This document shows, in pieces, positions 1 to 12,697 of a stretch of DNA of 64,000 bases; the stretch's first letter is position 1; the number at the start of each line of letters is the position of its first letter. The translations under genes and the position numbers were made by a program. Under the pieces are notes generated by a model that had not been told where the DNA came from, made no database searches, and saw only the letters and a program-made list of their open reading frames with translations. Source of the DNA: Ophelia neglecta (taxonomy: Eukaryota); NCBI GenBank assembly GCA_965285935.1, contig OZ260665.1:25296001-25360000 (forward strand), written 5' to 3'.

Positions 1-1498
1 TGCTCTTAGTTTATTAATTTAATGTCTGCATAATTTTCTTGTTAATGGTCTTTAGAATGCTTAATGATACATTGTATTTATTATTTTCTTTACCATGCGT
101 TGAATGTTTTTTCTTTTATTTCAGCCCTCCTTCAGCTACTACCTTGTCGTGATATGGGAGCTTGTGTGCCTTTAGTAAGAGGCCCGACTAAAGCAGCTTA
201 AATTTATTTTGTACTTCTCCATGTATGGTGATGTTTGAAAAGAAATTTAAATCAATACCTTCTTTGCTTTGACATCCCAACTATTATCCTATTGTAACTA
301 TTCCCAATTAACTATTTTTGCTTACAATCATTACCCCTACTACGGAAGCAGTCCTTGTCATCTCATATATAAATGACATGACATACCTTCACTGTTGTTC
401 TCCTTATAAAGTTATTTCGTGAATCCTCTATGGAAGGGTTTATACCGGCACAGGGGTCCAATTCTCGTTGTTCTTGAGATGTACATATTAAACTGTAATT
501 GGTCATTCTATTGACTTTTTTTATCGATGTTACTTCAGTACGTCTATGTTGATGTCCGTGTAAATTTGTATTTATATATATTTCCAAGGAACAATAAACA
601 ACTTTGAAATATCGTTAGTATTATTATTATTCTTGATTTTAATTGATGTGATTTTCTAATAAGGTAAGAACACAATGGTCTAAATAAAGTATGCCGGAAT
701 AAACTTGGAATTCAAGACTTACTGATGCCCTCACGTTTGTTGCCACTATATAACCAAGACGATAATCTTGTTTAAACGGAATACCAATGAGGGAAAGGTT
801 TAACTTGGTTTTCAAAATGTTCGCGATTATTAAGGGCAGGGTCAATATATTCAACATTCATTTTTACCTAAAGTCATTTAAGCAAACGGAAGTGGATACC
901 CGGCTGAAACGAGCGAACATTTCTTAATCGAGATTTTATGTTATGCCATCTCCATAACACCCTCACATGGTGACAATTCCCTTATCCCCAAATATGCATA
1001 TAATGGGTCAAATTTACCAAAAGAAATTGTTTAATTGAATGTTGACTAAAAGTCCATGATATATCAGCGTTACTAGTTAACTAACCATTTCATCTTTCTG
1101 TGTTTCTGTAGGTGTGAGTTACAGGAAGAGTAATAGTAGAGTAGCTAGTATCTACCAATTAACAGCGATGAACCCGGAAAACATTCTTTCTTTCTTGATT
1201 GTTGATGTTCACAATATACTAGTTCTACCGACCAAATTACTGACCTAAGGTTTAGAAATATGAAAATTAAAACGCTTGAAAAGTTCCGATAAATATCAAG
1301 AATTCTATCATGCTATGGATAGTCCTTCTCTTGTCATGTATTTATTATGACCAGTGCATATTATGTCCCAAACTTATGAGAGGGATATGTCCACCAATAA
1401 TAATGTATAATAATGTTGTTTATTAGAAACTATTTTTTACAAAATGTGTTTCACATAGTATAATTGTTAGAAACATAATGAAAATAAATCACATGGTA

Positions 1499-1527
1499 AT
1501 ATATATATAATATATATATATATATAT
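1499..1527. repeat. (TA)n microsatellite
   Basis: Imperfect AT dinucleotide run just downstream of the LINE stop codon. Confidence 0.8.
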
Positions 1528-1555
1528 TGACACAACCTTTTATACCATGCCACTC

Positions 1556-4500
1556 TCAATCCTTAAATAATGACCTGTGCAATATACTTAATTTTTCGAT
1601 ATATATACCTAAATTATTGAAGAAACATGGGCCTTCATTTAGAAGTGCCTCTTTAAACCAGATTACATTGAAGGCAGTGTTTACAAATCGTCCCAGATAG
1701 TGTTCCCTGAGTGTTCTATACAGTGGACATTCTAGTAATACATGTAATTCATCCTCTACCACTCCACATGCGAGACATATTCGATTTTCTTTGGGTATTT
1801 TTGGTCTTGCCCAGGTTCCAGTTTCAATTTTTAGGTAATTATTTCTACAAAGGAAACGACAAATTGCAAGGCCATTCCTTCTGGAAACTCCTCTTCGTAA
1901 ATAAACAGATGGTTGCCCGAGATGTTCCCTATCACACAATAAACTGAAAGTGTCACATTTACTAGTAGTGGTTATACATACAAACTGGTTATCCCATGCT
2001 AAATTATACAGTCTTGCTCTTACATCTTTGACAAATGCTTTTATATTTACCGGTCCACCATTATCCCACACAGTTCTTAGCCCTATTGCACAAATAATAT
2101 TTTTAACCCCTTCCAACCATATGTTGCCTAGTTGCTTGGCACATATCTCATGATATACTGTTACACACAAACCTGGTTTTAATTTGGCACTTAAAAGTCC
2201 CCAGAACTTCAGAATTTTTTCTAAGCGAATATAATACAATGGTATGCGACCACTCTCTTTATATACCATACAAGTTGCAGTGGCATACTGGAAAACCTGA
2301 TACGAAATACGAAGGAAATACGAGATACACAGATACGAAAAAATAAGATAGAGTTGGGTTATGACAGGGTAGGGATATGCTAGCAACCTAACTAAATCAT
2401 AACTTACTTAACCCTTCACCCTAACCCTAACCTAGTCCATATGGCTACGTTTTAAACACCTCGCATCTCGTATCTGCGTCTCGTATCTGGTATTTCGTAT
2501 CAGCTTTTCCAGTATGCCAGTTGCAGTGCACTGTTTTAAATGCAAAATTGATTTTAAATAACGCAGGTGTATCTTTTCAATGTTTTTCCAGTATGAAATC
2601 CCCATACTTCAGCACCATAGTTTAAAATACTAGCTATAAGAACATCAAATAAATAGCAGTGCTGTACAATATCTAATTAAACCTATAAGTGTACTTTTGG
2701 AGTAGAAACATTGATTTACGCGCTTTCTCTACTAACAAATCTTCTTGCTTATCCCATAAACCATTTTGACTTAACATAACACCCAGATAACAGAAAGATT
2801 TTACCACCATGATTTCTTTGCCATTGTAGTACCATTTTGGTGGTGGAATATAATTTCTCCAACCATAAATAACAATCTTAGTTTTGTCTACATTCAGACT
2901 CAGGTGCCACAGTTCACAATAATCATGTAGAGAGTCTATACCATGTTGGAGCCCTTCTGCAGACGTGCTTATTAATATGGCATCATCTGCGAACAGTAAC
3001 AACTGTATAATCAATTGACCTATAGTACAACCCATTACGTCGTTTTGACAGTGACTTAACAAATATTCATTCATATCGTTTATATACATTGCAAACAGAA
3101 ATGGGAGCAGGGATTCCCCCTGCCTCACACCGAGGATACATGAAAATTCCTCCCCAAGTTTACCGGCTTTTCCTTTTACACACGGTTTTATTCCATCATA
3201 CATATTTCTAATACAATTGAACATCTTTCCATTTATACCATTTTTCAAGAGCTTGGACCAGAGAGAGGATCTCTCGACTAGGTCAAAGGCTTTCCTATAG
3301 TCTATGTAACAGCAATAAAGTTTCTCATTCGAGTTTTTACATTTATTTATCAAGCAATTCATTATATATATATTGTCTATGGTACTATGTTTTCCCCTGA
3401 AACCCGATTGTCCTTCGAAATAGACGCTGTTTTCTTCTGCCCATTTACACAGTCTTATATTCAATAGTTTTGTCGTAAGATTTTCCCCATACAACTCAAT
3501 AAACTGATACCTCTATAATTATTGACATCGTTTGGATTCCCTTTTTTTAAAATTGGTGTGACAAAACTTTTTTTCCATAGCTCAGGGAAAACGCCTGTGT
3601 TTAAAATTCTGTTGTATAATTTCAAAAATAGGCTCCGAATTACAGGAGTAAATTTTATAAATTCATTTGGTAAACAGTCAGGCCCAGGACTTTTGTTTAT
3701 TTTTACACTTGATAAACATTTGTTCAGTTCATCTAGAGTAAACTCCTGATCCAGTTCTTGAAATGTACTTTGCCAAACACATAATTGTTTAAGAAATGAT
3801 TAGTATCTTCATTAGGTAGATATTCATCTACGTTGTCTGGACAGTGAACTTTCTTGAAATAACTAGTAAAAGAGTCAATGGGTATGTTGGGGAATTGCAT
3901 CTCTGCCTTCTCTTAACATTTTCCAATACCGCTGCATATCATTACGTTGTACTCTAAAAAGTTCATTAGTAATACCATTTCGATAGTTCTCTCTACAGAT
4001 ACTACTATGTGTTTGATATATGTGTCTTCTTCTACAAAGCTCCCTTCTAACACCATCTGTTTTATATTCTTTAAACATTTTCACAGAGTCATAAAAATAC
4101 TGTCGTTGCTCTTTACATATATTACACATCCACACTGGGAGATCACTAGCTGACTCTTCGTCTCTATTTATTACAAAACTATCAATACCGCACTTATACA
4201 GTTTTTCAGAAATATTATTAACTGCATCATTTATATCTGGTTCATTATCAGCAATGTCTCTCAGCTCATTAATATCTGCTTCAGTATTAGAAAGCCAAGC
4301 ATCCACATTTTCATTCATCCATTTAACCCTTTTTTTCGCACTACCATGGTCTGTTTCTGGACCTGTTCCTTTGTCTGGTTCAACTTCAAAAGATATTGTG
4401 CAAGTAATTTGACAGTGATCCGACCACATTGTAGGGGACTTAACTTCAAAATCTGTAATATGTGCTAACAGGTCTTCACTTGTTAACATAATATCGACCA

Positions 4501-4620
4501 TCGATGATCCATTTGTAGATATATACGTACAGGCACCAACATTACCATCTTTTCCAATTCGCCCATTAATAAACCTTAATTGGCTGCTTTTACATAAATC
4601 AATAATATCATTCCCCCTTT
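1556..4620 (-). mobile_element. 5'-truncated, frameshifted non-LTR retrotransposon ORF2 (APE endonuclease C-terminus, reverse transcriptase, CCHC knuckle); RTE-X-like
   Basis: Minus-strand ORFs 3875-4501, 2673-3494 and 1556-2386 are pieces of one protein. Endonuclease end: GSSMVDIML...SDH. RT motifs: QSGFR, YIDYRKAFDLV, GVRQGE, LLFADD, YLGV. C-terminus: ESGRIPL, LKIETG, CxxC-EDELH-C. Broken by frameshifts and a MITE insertion. The clade is assigned from remembered motif style only. Confidence 0.92.
2282..2518. mobile_element. 237-bp MITE (MULE-like) inserted into the LINE, 9-bp TSD
   Basis: TIRs GGCATACTGGAAAACCTGATACGAAATAC / GTATTTCGTATCAGCTTTTCCAGTATGCC. Direct repeat AGTTGCAGT at 2273-2281 and 2519-2527. 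Removing the element restores ...LHLKQCTATCMVYKESGRIPL. Confidence 0.9.
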
Positions 4621-6398
4621 GACCCTCCTAGGACATGTTTCATTTCTCTCTTCCGTTGACCACTGACTTATTTGCCTTTTGCTCTGACTCGCATCAAGAA
4701 AAAATGTTGATTACTTCCTCATTCATGTTATATCAATTTGTTTTATTACAAGTTTTCTACCACTTTGGACTCCTGTTGATGGAAGGCCGATTTAGGAATA
4801 TTCTTGATTACTGATTGTGCAAAAACATTGGCGGAATATTTATTTAGCGAAGATTTGTGGCAAGATCACAACCAGCTAGACCTTATAGATACAGCATATC
4901 ACATAATTCAATAGCAAAAATATATTTGTCAAAACAGGTAGTACAAACTCTTATCCACAAATACATAGAATTGGTAAAGGTGAACAGAACGCACTGTTTA
5001 TTGTCATTTTACCAGGCAGTAAAGCATGCAACTACAGCATGGCAGATACTTATTTATTTATTTTGAAACATGTCAAATGCACATAACATCTTTTTTAACT
5101 GTCCTAGGATGAGTTATGGATGCTGCAATTATTGATCAATTAAAAATTGTTTCTGCCCATGAACATACATTTACAAAACGATTAAAGAAATAAATAACCC
5201 GCCTTTTATGCATTTATGGTTACTTGGTCCCTTATTTACTCATTTGGGATTTTTGCAATGTCCATAATACGTACAATTGGGCCTTGTCCATTACGGTGAA
5301 ATAGTTCCTCTATCGGGTCATTGCCCCCACGATTTTAAGACATATAACCGCCTAGAAATACAACGTATTCAGTATTGTGGTAAACCAAGGGCTCAACACA
5401 GGCATGTTGTTACTATACTCATAACCTTGGCCAGAATATTGGCCGTGCTTTTATCTTTATGTATCGGGTCAAGTTGCATCCTGGCTATATCCAACGGGAA
5501 AGCGTCATAGATAATAACTAAGTTGGACGCCTAACATTAACATCCCACTCCCCGTAAGGGTTTTCTATGCATCTTTTTGAATTATTTTCATAGTTTTTTA
5601 ATGTATTTCGCCCCACTTTTCGTTGTAGTGATCTTACATTGACATATGATGGCTTTAACCTTTTAGTTCGTAGTTTTAAACACTTTTCATTATTGCTTAC
5701 CCCGTTAATATATGAAGGCTAATGTTCGTACCTGTAGCTCATGAAAAGAGGTATCAGACTATCTAAAAAACAGAATATACAAACTACAATTTGGTTTCTG
5801 ATGATTTCCTCATTTCCCGGAATCACCAAACTACCGTATGTGAACCATGAACTTATTGACATTTAATATGATAACGATTTAGTAGATCGATATAAACGCT
5901 CAAGAATGTTTTGGGAGGCACTATCAAAACATCTTTATGTAAATAAAGATAAAAAATTTTATATTAATTTTCCGACTCCTTGGTTGACCTTTGGCTTTTC
6001 ACACCAGACGGAGCTGTTAAGGACACGAGCGATATTATATAATTGTTAGCTAATTTGGTCTCACCAGGTACTAGCTTCATCCAGTGCCTTACAACGGCAT
6101 AATCTCTCTGAACACTATACAGATCGGACCGGACAAAGACCATGTGATACTTTTAACATTCTATCGAAAGTCATCAGTTGGGGTCGTCGTAGGTTGGTTA
6201 CGACGCACAATAACTTCTTTTCGACGAGTCTTAGTCGTGAAACGGATTCATTTTAACCTAGATGGTTCTGTGTTGTAAAATTAAGTCAAACCTCAAGCAC
6301 CCTCGCTTATGGTCAAGCGAGTCTACAGGCAGCTGTCCTGTGAAGTGTTGATTATGGTTTTATTTAGATCAAGTCATACATCGACTATCTTTGGGATA

Positions 6399-7232
6399 AC
6401 GTTCACTGGTAGGACACGATCTGAGTAACGTTTTGTTACTCAGATCATAAAATGGCGGACGCCAAATTAACTCTTGTTGGTAATTTGGCTTTTATCAATT
6501 TTTATACAGCTTATATGATGGCAGTCGTTTGCTAATAGTTGTACAACAATGTCTAGATAATAGTGACACAATGTCAGAATTTATAAGAATGCATTCGGGG
6601 AGTTTTCTGCGCATGAAGATTTGCTAGGTGATCTGAGTAACAAAAAAGGCATGATCTGAGTAACGACTTTTACTTAAATATCACTGCTACATTTATCAAG
6701 GTTTAATTGTCAGTTAAACCTTGCACAATAGTAAAAAAATACAGTGTAAGTGAACAGAATTTTAGTTTATATTTTTACACAAGTCCATCAAGGAACAACC
6801 TAACTAATTTGCACTAAACTGATATCCAGGAAATTACACAAAGGGTAAATATTCAGACCTGTACAGAGTAAAAAAAACCTGACCTAATAAATTTGTTTTT
6901 TTAGTTGTATTTATAATATTCAGATCATAACCAAGTATCATATGACCATATTTTTTTTGCAAAACTCATGCATGCCAAACAAAGTCTGATTAATGCCCAA
7001 CCTGGACAACCTTGTAATGGGAAATTCCCCTATTTTAGAATTGCTTATAAATTCTGACATTGTGTCACTATTATCTAGACATTGTTGTACAACTATTAGG
7101 AAACGACTGCCATCATATAAGCTGTATAAAAATTGATAAATGCCTAATTACCAACAAGAGTAAATTTGGCGTCCGCCATTTTATGATCTGAGTAACAAAA
7201 CGTTACTCAGATCGTGTCCTACCAGTGAACGT
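6399..7232. mobile_element. Non-autonomous DNA transposon (foldback type) with about 190-bp TIRs
   Basis: About 6399-6588 is a near-perfect reverse complement of about 7045-7232 (ACGTTCACTGGTAGGACACGATCTGAGTAAC...). Flanks fit either a TA TSD, or an AACGTT TSD with CACTGG termini. Confidence 0.9.
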
Positions 7233-7493
7233 TATTAACAAATTGTCTTTATTGTGATTAAGTGACAATTCGTTAATTTTTCGCGTAAGCCCATCTTTTG
7301 GACATGGGTTCTTGAACGATTGCTTGTAAGAAAATGACCCAGATGCTTGTCACTATCTAGGAGATGCAATCTCGAAATATGCTTAAATCGATGAAATTTA
7401 AAAACGGTGACTTTTCTTACCATTTGTTTATTAACAGCTGAATGTTTACCTAAAAGAATAAATTACCGGCAGTGGTTTTAGCGTATTGTGTGT

Positions 7494-7585
7494 TACATAT
7501 ATTCCATAAAACATGCCAGAATTTATCTGATACCGATGTACATATATTCCATAAAACATGCCAGAATTTATCTGATACCGATGTA
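7494..7585. repeat. 45-bp perfect tandem duplication
   Basis: TACATATATTCCATAAAACATGCCAGAATTTATCTGATACCGATG occurs twice in tandem. Confidence 0.9.
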
Positions 7586-8235
7586 GCTAAATCATAGATG
7601 AAACACGAAAAGAAGAAAAATGGGAAAAGATCCTTTTAATGTATTTAAGCATGAGGATAATTTGCCATTTCTGTAAATGCCTGTCCCCTGTTTGGCTAAA
7701 AGCTCTCATACCCATGCAATATGGGTGCATTTCTGATGCTATATAATGCCCACGCTTTTCCAGTAGGAGCCTATATGGTCGATTATGGTTTTTGAACATA
7801 AAAAAGCACCTCTTCCCCCAAAACCATCATTTTACACCAAAAGTGAACCGCTGATTACCTTCTTATTGTTATACCAGCCACATAAAGTCTAGGGACTTTC
7901 AAAAAAAAGTTTAAAATCATACGATGCTGGAAAACAGTGTACACAAGCTACTGATGACGCACATATTGTCTGTGTGTAATTTGTGTGTTTAAAAAAAGGA
8001 TGCCTCTAATTGGTTTGCTATGTATAACGTTTGACCTGTTTAAACCCGAAGGCAAGTGACGCGTTTTGCCAGAGCACCGTGTCTCTTTTGTGCCGCTGCC
8101 TTCTGGTGGTGACGTCATCGCAGAAAGCAGGCCAAGCGTCATTTGCTTTCTGGGCCAATCAGCGTTTACCATGTGAGGGCGTCACACATGCATAGATTAC
8201 ATATTTGATGCTTCTAGTAGTTTTCTTTCGCACAA

Positions 8236-8306
8236 CTAGTCTCCAGACTTTATGCCGCTGGCATAAGTTTGAATGGAGTGAATGGCATAAGTTTGAATGG
8301 AGTGAA
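8236..8306 (-). mobile_element. Helitron-like 3' end (hairpin + CTAG), overlapping a 24-bp tandem repeat
   Basis: Minus-strand CTAG|T at 8236-8239, about 10 nt from hairpin TTATGCC-GCT-GGCATAA. TGGCATAAGTTTGAATGGAGTGAA occurs twice. The 5' end was not located. Confidence 0.4.
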
Positions 8307-8723
8307 TAAGTGTATAAGCAGAATGGTCAAGCGTGGAAAAATCGTTATCTATCGGATATTTTATCAGATGTTTTTGAACGATGCCTTCCAAAATATTGGA
8401 ACCAGGGGGGTTTAACTGAAATAGGATGAACGAAATCAACCTTGAAGTCTAGTTTACTGGAATATGGATAATCGGTGATAAAAGGGTCGTCCCACAAAGG
8501 TTGAATATCATGTTGAATCATAAGTGGCTGTTTTTGCACACACAAAGTATGATATGGCATTCATAAAATATTGTCTAAAAAGTCGCAATATCATTTAATA
8601 TCGGAATTAAGATTTACCCAGTCAGTTAATATGTTGATGAAAAACTGTTATATGTAGATAATAATTTTATCCACTACATTGTGGTTAACCAGTGTACATC
8701 GAGTAATATGGGTAAAGCGATGC

Positions 8724-8924
8724 CAGTGGCGGATTTAGGGGGGGGGGGGGGGGCAGCCCCCCCCCCCACTTTTCCCAAAAAGTGGGCCCGGACCAGGGCC
8801 TATTTCTGGGCCCACGCAAGGTGGTTTCAGAGGGTTGGTAACGGGGAGAATCCAAACATTGGCCTTGTCAACCTTGGAAAATTTGGGCCCCCCTCCCCTT
8901 CTTGAAATCCTGGGTCTGCCACTG
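8724..8924. mobile_element. About 200-bp MITE with CAGTGGCGGA termini (hAT-like); same family as 52526-52732 and 54605-54804
   Basis: TIRs CAGTGGCGGAT / GTCTGCCACTG. The interior is the reverse complement of the 52.5-kb copy (shared GGCCAATGTTTGGAT...GTTACCAACCCTCTGAAA). No TSD is visible. Confidence 0.8.
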
Positions 8925-9365
8925 GAGGCCCAATATAAGTATATTGAGGTTGGACCGATAATGAAATATATAGATAAATGATTAATCACACATGTTTTTA
9001 TCTATGTATAAAGAAATCTATTTGGGGGCAGAAGGCGACAAGAATCTTTTTGATGGTTTGATGAAGACACACCCCGTGGACCGACATTGAGGAAGTACAG
9101 AGGGGCCAACACCTTTTAAACAGAGGTTTTACCCTCTTCTTTTCCCATGAAAGGAGAGTCTGCAGACTGGTGAATGCTCAACTGTCTCCTCCTAATAACT
9201 CCCCCTGACCTGACACATACCTCTTTCTCTAAGTTATCGGATGCTCAGCTGAGACCTAAACATCTGTCTGTATAGTCAGTCATTGGTTATCGTCGGAAAA
9301 GTAGTCGATAAATACGGGCCTACTTGTAGCTTCAAATGGTTTGTTTAAGATAACTTAACTCGAGG

Positions 9366-12300
9366 ATGGCTTTGTTGTTGTGCTCTCTGTTGGTGTTTGC
9401 TATAGGCCTAGCCCATGGTCAGCAGAACATCCCTGACCTGATAGAGTCGCTAGGTCTTACCGAGTTGGCAGCGGCCGGGCAGCTAGCTGGTCTGAATACT
9501 ATACTGAGCGGACCGGGTAAGTCAACACCGAACAAGCAAATCCATTTAAGACTATTGTGTCTTTTCTTCACTAAATTGAAACACCATCAAATCACAGAAC
9601 AAATCTTAACGAGCAAAAATTGTATATTGTGTATTGAAGTTAACACAATACCCTTTTCTGGCGAAACCCTCGTACAAGGATGGTTTACATATTAAGGTCA
9701 TTGGTGGACGAACCCTTGCAGGTCTATATTGAAGTTAACACGAGGTCCTTATATGACGAAAGCTTTGTATTTATAAAGCACCAGTCCTTTTGAAGTCCCA
9801 TTTTCTTCTCTGTTGATCCGTAGTATAACCGATCCATCAGAGGTGTGCCAGCTTATCTTAACACGATGCTATATAATAACTTCTGATGAAATAAAAAGAA
9901 GGATACCTTTGAATGTGAGCCTAAAGTATATATCAATAAGGTCTGAGGCTCTAAAATAATCAATAGTGTTGATTGTTTTATTTGAGTTAAGAAGCTAGGC
10001 CAGTTGGGCAACCATGGATATTGTGAAAATAGAATTTGTAAAGATGCCATGGATTGCATTTTACGGTTGCATTTCCGTTAGCATCAAAAATGTCCAATGC
10101 ACCTTCCTGTTTTTAACACAATCTTGACATGACTCGCAATTAATGTCAGTCTGTTTATAATAAGGCAGCCCCTCGCAAATATGTTATTATGTGTTAATAA
10201 ATATATAAATGATTCCTCATTTACAACCGACTCAGGTCCTTTCACTGTTCTGGCCCCAACCAATGAAGCCATATTTAACCTTCCTGAAGATGTGAGGGAC
10301 CGGCTTGTGGCAAATACCACTGAACTGACCGAGTTGCTGTTTTACCACATCCATCTAGGCCGAGTTGATGCGGACAGTACTACTAACGACCAGCTTTTTA
10401 GCTCCCTACAGGGCACCATGTTGCGAATAAACGTCTACAACAACGGGGCGAGTTAATTAGTAACAAAAATAGCCTAATAGCTAAAGTAATTTTCGATTTA
10501 TACTGTTTAGTCCATTTTTTTTATGATTAGAGTAGACATATTACTTTTATATCTGAGGCTAGTAAAATCTTTGTTTTACGGTAGGTTCTTAAAATGTTTG
10601 CTGATAAATATAAAAATAGCTTTGGAATAATAAACATAGTTATTGTGGCAAATCTACTACTGATTATCTAGTATTGCTTAATGTAATTAGGTATATTTTA
10701 ATTTGACAACATTCAGCACATGGTTCTGCAGGCTCATGATGCGGCACAAATTTGTTCGCAATCCAAACATCTGCATAATACGCTACACAGCCAATAGGCG
10801 CCGCCTCTCCCGCAGCACATAGACTTACATTGAGCAAAAAATGACTGGCATCGAGGGCAATAGGGTGAATTATGATCCCGGAGGAAACGAGCTCCAAGGT
10901 GCTATATCGATCTCGAGGGCGAAGGTCGATGGATATAGCACCTTTATAATGTACATCGTCATCATCAAGTTTAACACATGAACTAAAATCTAATTCTGTG
11001 CGACGAGTTCCGCTGGGGTCTACAATAGGCTGTATTAAACAAGCCTTTTATTTTCTCTTTCAATTAAAAATTGGACAATGTCAAGGAGCATGTCGATATG
11101 GGACAGTAGGTTGTCTCTTTGACTACCTCCTTGGTTACGACAGTGCTGTTGAAAACATCAGTGTCACATGGAACAAGAATTTTTACACAATGTCATGTTG
11201 TTTCCATCCAAACTAATAAGACAAAACAAAAACATACTTTATTTTAGTAGACTTACAGCGGCTGCCTATTCGCAAGTCCTGACTGTTATACCACGGTGGC
11301 GAATGCCGCAGTAATACACAATGTGTTCATGTCAGCAATTGGTCGCAAAATGCACATTTATGGGGACCCGTTTTCAAGTTCCTCGGGCATGTTTCTGACT
11401 CCATTTTCCAGGTGAGCACTGTTACCGGGGCTATGGCAGACAAGTCACGGGAGAACCAGGTTGCCTCCAATGGTATCGTTCACGTTTTAAATCAAGTGAT
11501 CTACCCCATCCCGATGTATAACCTGGTGGATTTTGCTCGAAACAATTTTACATTTTCCCAGTTATCACTGGCATTGCAGGAGGCGAGCCTGACTACAATG
11601 TTGGAGGGTGAGCCCACTGAATTATACTGTACCTTTAAGATATCTTGATTTACTTAGATTTAAAAAGAGCGGCTGGTATCCATAAATGAAATTTTACTCT
11701 AGAACATTCGATTGGAAACTTCCATAATAGTAACACTTGTACCTGTATCATATTGTAGGTCCCGGACCTTACACTATCTTTGCCCCTACCAACGATGCAG
11801 TGGCCAAAATCCCCGAGGCTGAGCAAGACAGAATAGTTGCCAACATTACACTACTTACATGTAAGGTTTTAAGTAGTAGCTTATAATTGAAGATATGACT
11901 AGTATTAACTAAATAGGGCAATAGGGTATGTGTGTGTGCGATGTTCGATAGTGTCGGCTGCCCTCGCCCACGTGTTAATATTCTAATAACGATAATGACC
12001 AAGAGATGAGTTTTTAAATAAATAAAAAATGCACAGATCTGCGCTTTTAAGAATTAAGCTGATGAATCAGAATCGTATTTGCGGCTTTACTCATATAAAT
12101 GTATTCACCGTTTTACCTATTCCCCAAGGGATGAGCCGATGACTACTTTATTTAGACAAAAGTGCCAATATGTGGTTGGAATATAACGAGCTGTTTTTCC
12201 ATATATAAGGTCGGCGATAGTAAATTACCGTTTAAAACCTATGCAACCATGTTAACGCATAAGCAACTCTTTATTTACGGGTTATCCTTTTGTTAATTCG

Positions 12301-12680
12301 ATCCAGCTATCATCAAGTATCACATAACCAGTTCAACAGAATATAGCGCTGGACTAACAAACGGACAGGAGTTACCAACTTTGAATGGAAAGTCAGTCAT
12401 GATTACCATGGGATGTGAGAACAATAAGATTTTATAATTTCTTAAATAATTCACTCATATACGAATTGAATAGAATACACGCTGTCGAGAAACAAAATAT
12501 TCAAAGGTTCTATGCGTTTATTTTAATAGAAGTAGTATGAATACTTTTAATGTGTCACCTGTTTTTGTTAAAGCGGGAATGATGAAGGTTGGTGATGCTA
12601 CGATAGAGGAGGCCAACTTGTCTCTCACTAACGGAGTCCTGCACGTCATAGACACAGTTCTCATGCCCCCTACCGACTAA
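9366..12680 (+). CDS. Secreted protein with two fasciclin (FAS1) domains, TGFBI/periostin-like, 291 aa, 6 exons
   Basis: Exons 9366-9516, 10236-10447, 11412-11607, 11759-11860, 12307-12414 and 12574-12680 join in phase (876 nt). Signal peptide MALLLCSLLVFAIGLAHG. FAS1 H1 motifs GPFTVLAPTNEA and GPYTIFAPTNDA, YH motifs, H2 motifs NGIVHVLNQVI and NGVLHVIDTVL. Intron 2 is GC-AG. Confidence 0.93.
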
Positions 12681-12691
12681 AAGTGCGTCCA

Positions 12692-12697
12692 AATAAA
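12692..12697 (+). promoter_or_regulatory. Candidate polyadenylation signal of the FAS1 gene
   Basis: AATAAA begins 12 nt after the stop codon. It is unusually close, so a later signal may be the one used. Confidence 0.35.

Noticed and set aside
10848-10945. Palindromic CGAGGGCGAAG-type repeat, similar to 28310-28348, as a structured ncRNA
   Set aside because: The two diverged copies look like relics of a common invertebrate interspersed repeat. There are no boundaries or covariation to support an RNA gene.
9366-12680. Calling the gene POSTN or TGFBI
   Set aside because: Only two FAS1 domains and no EMI domain; orthology cannot be established by eye.
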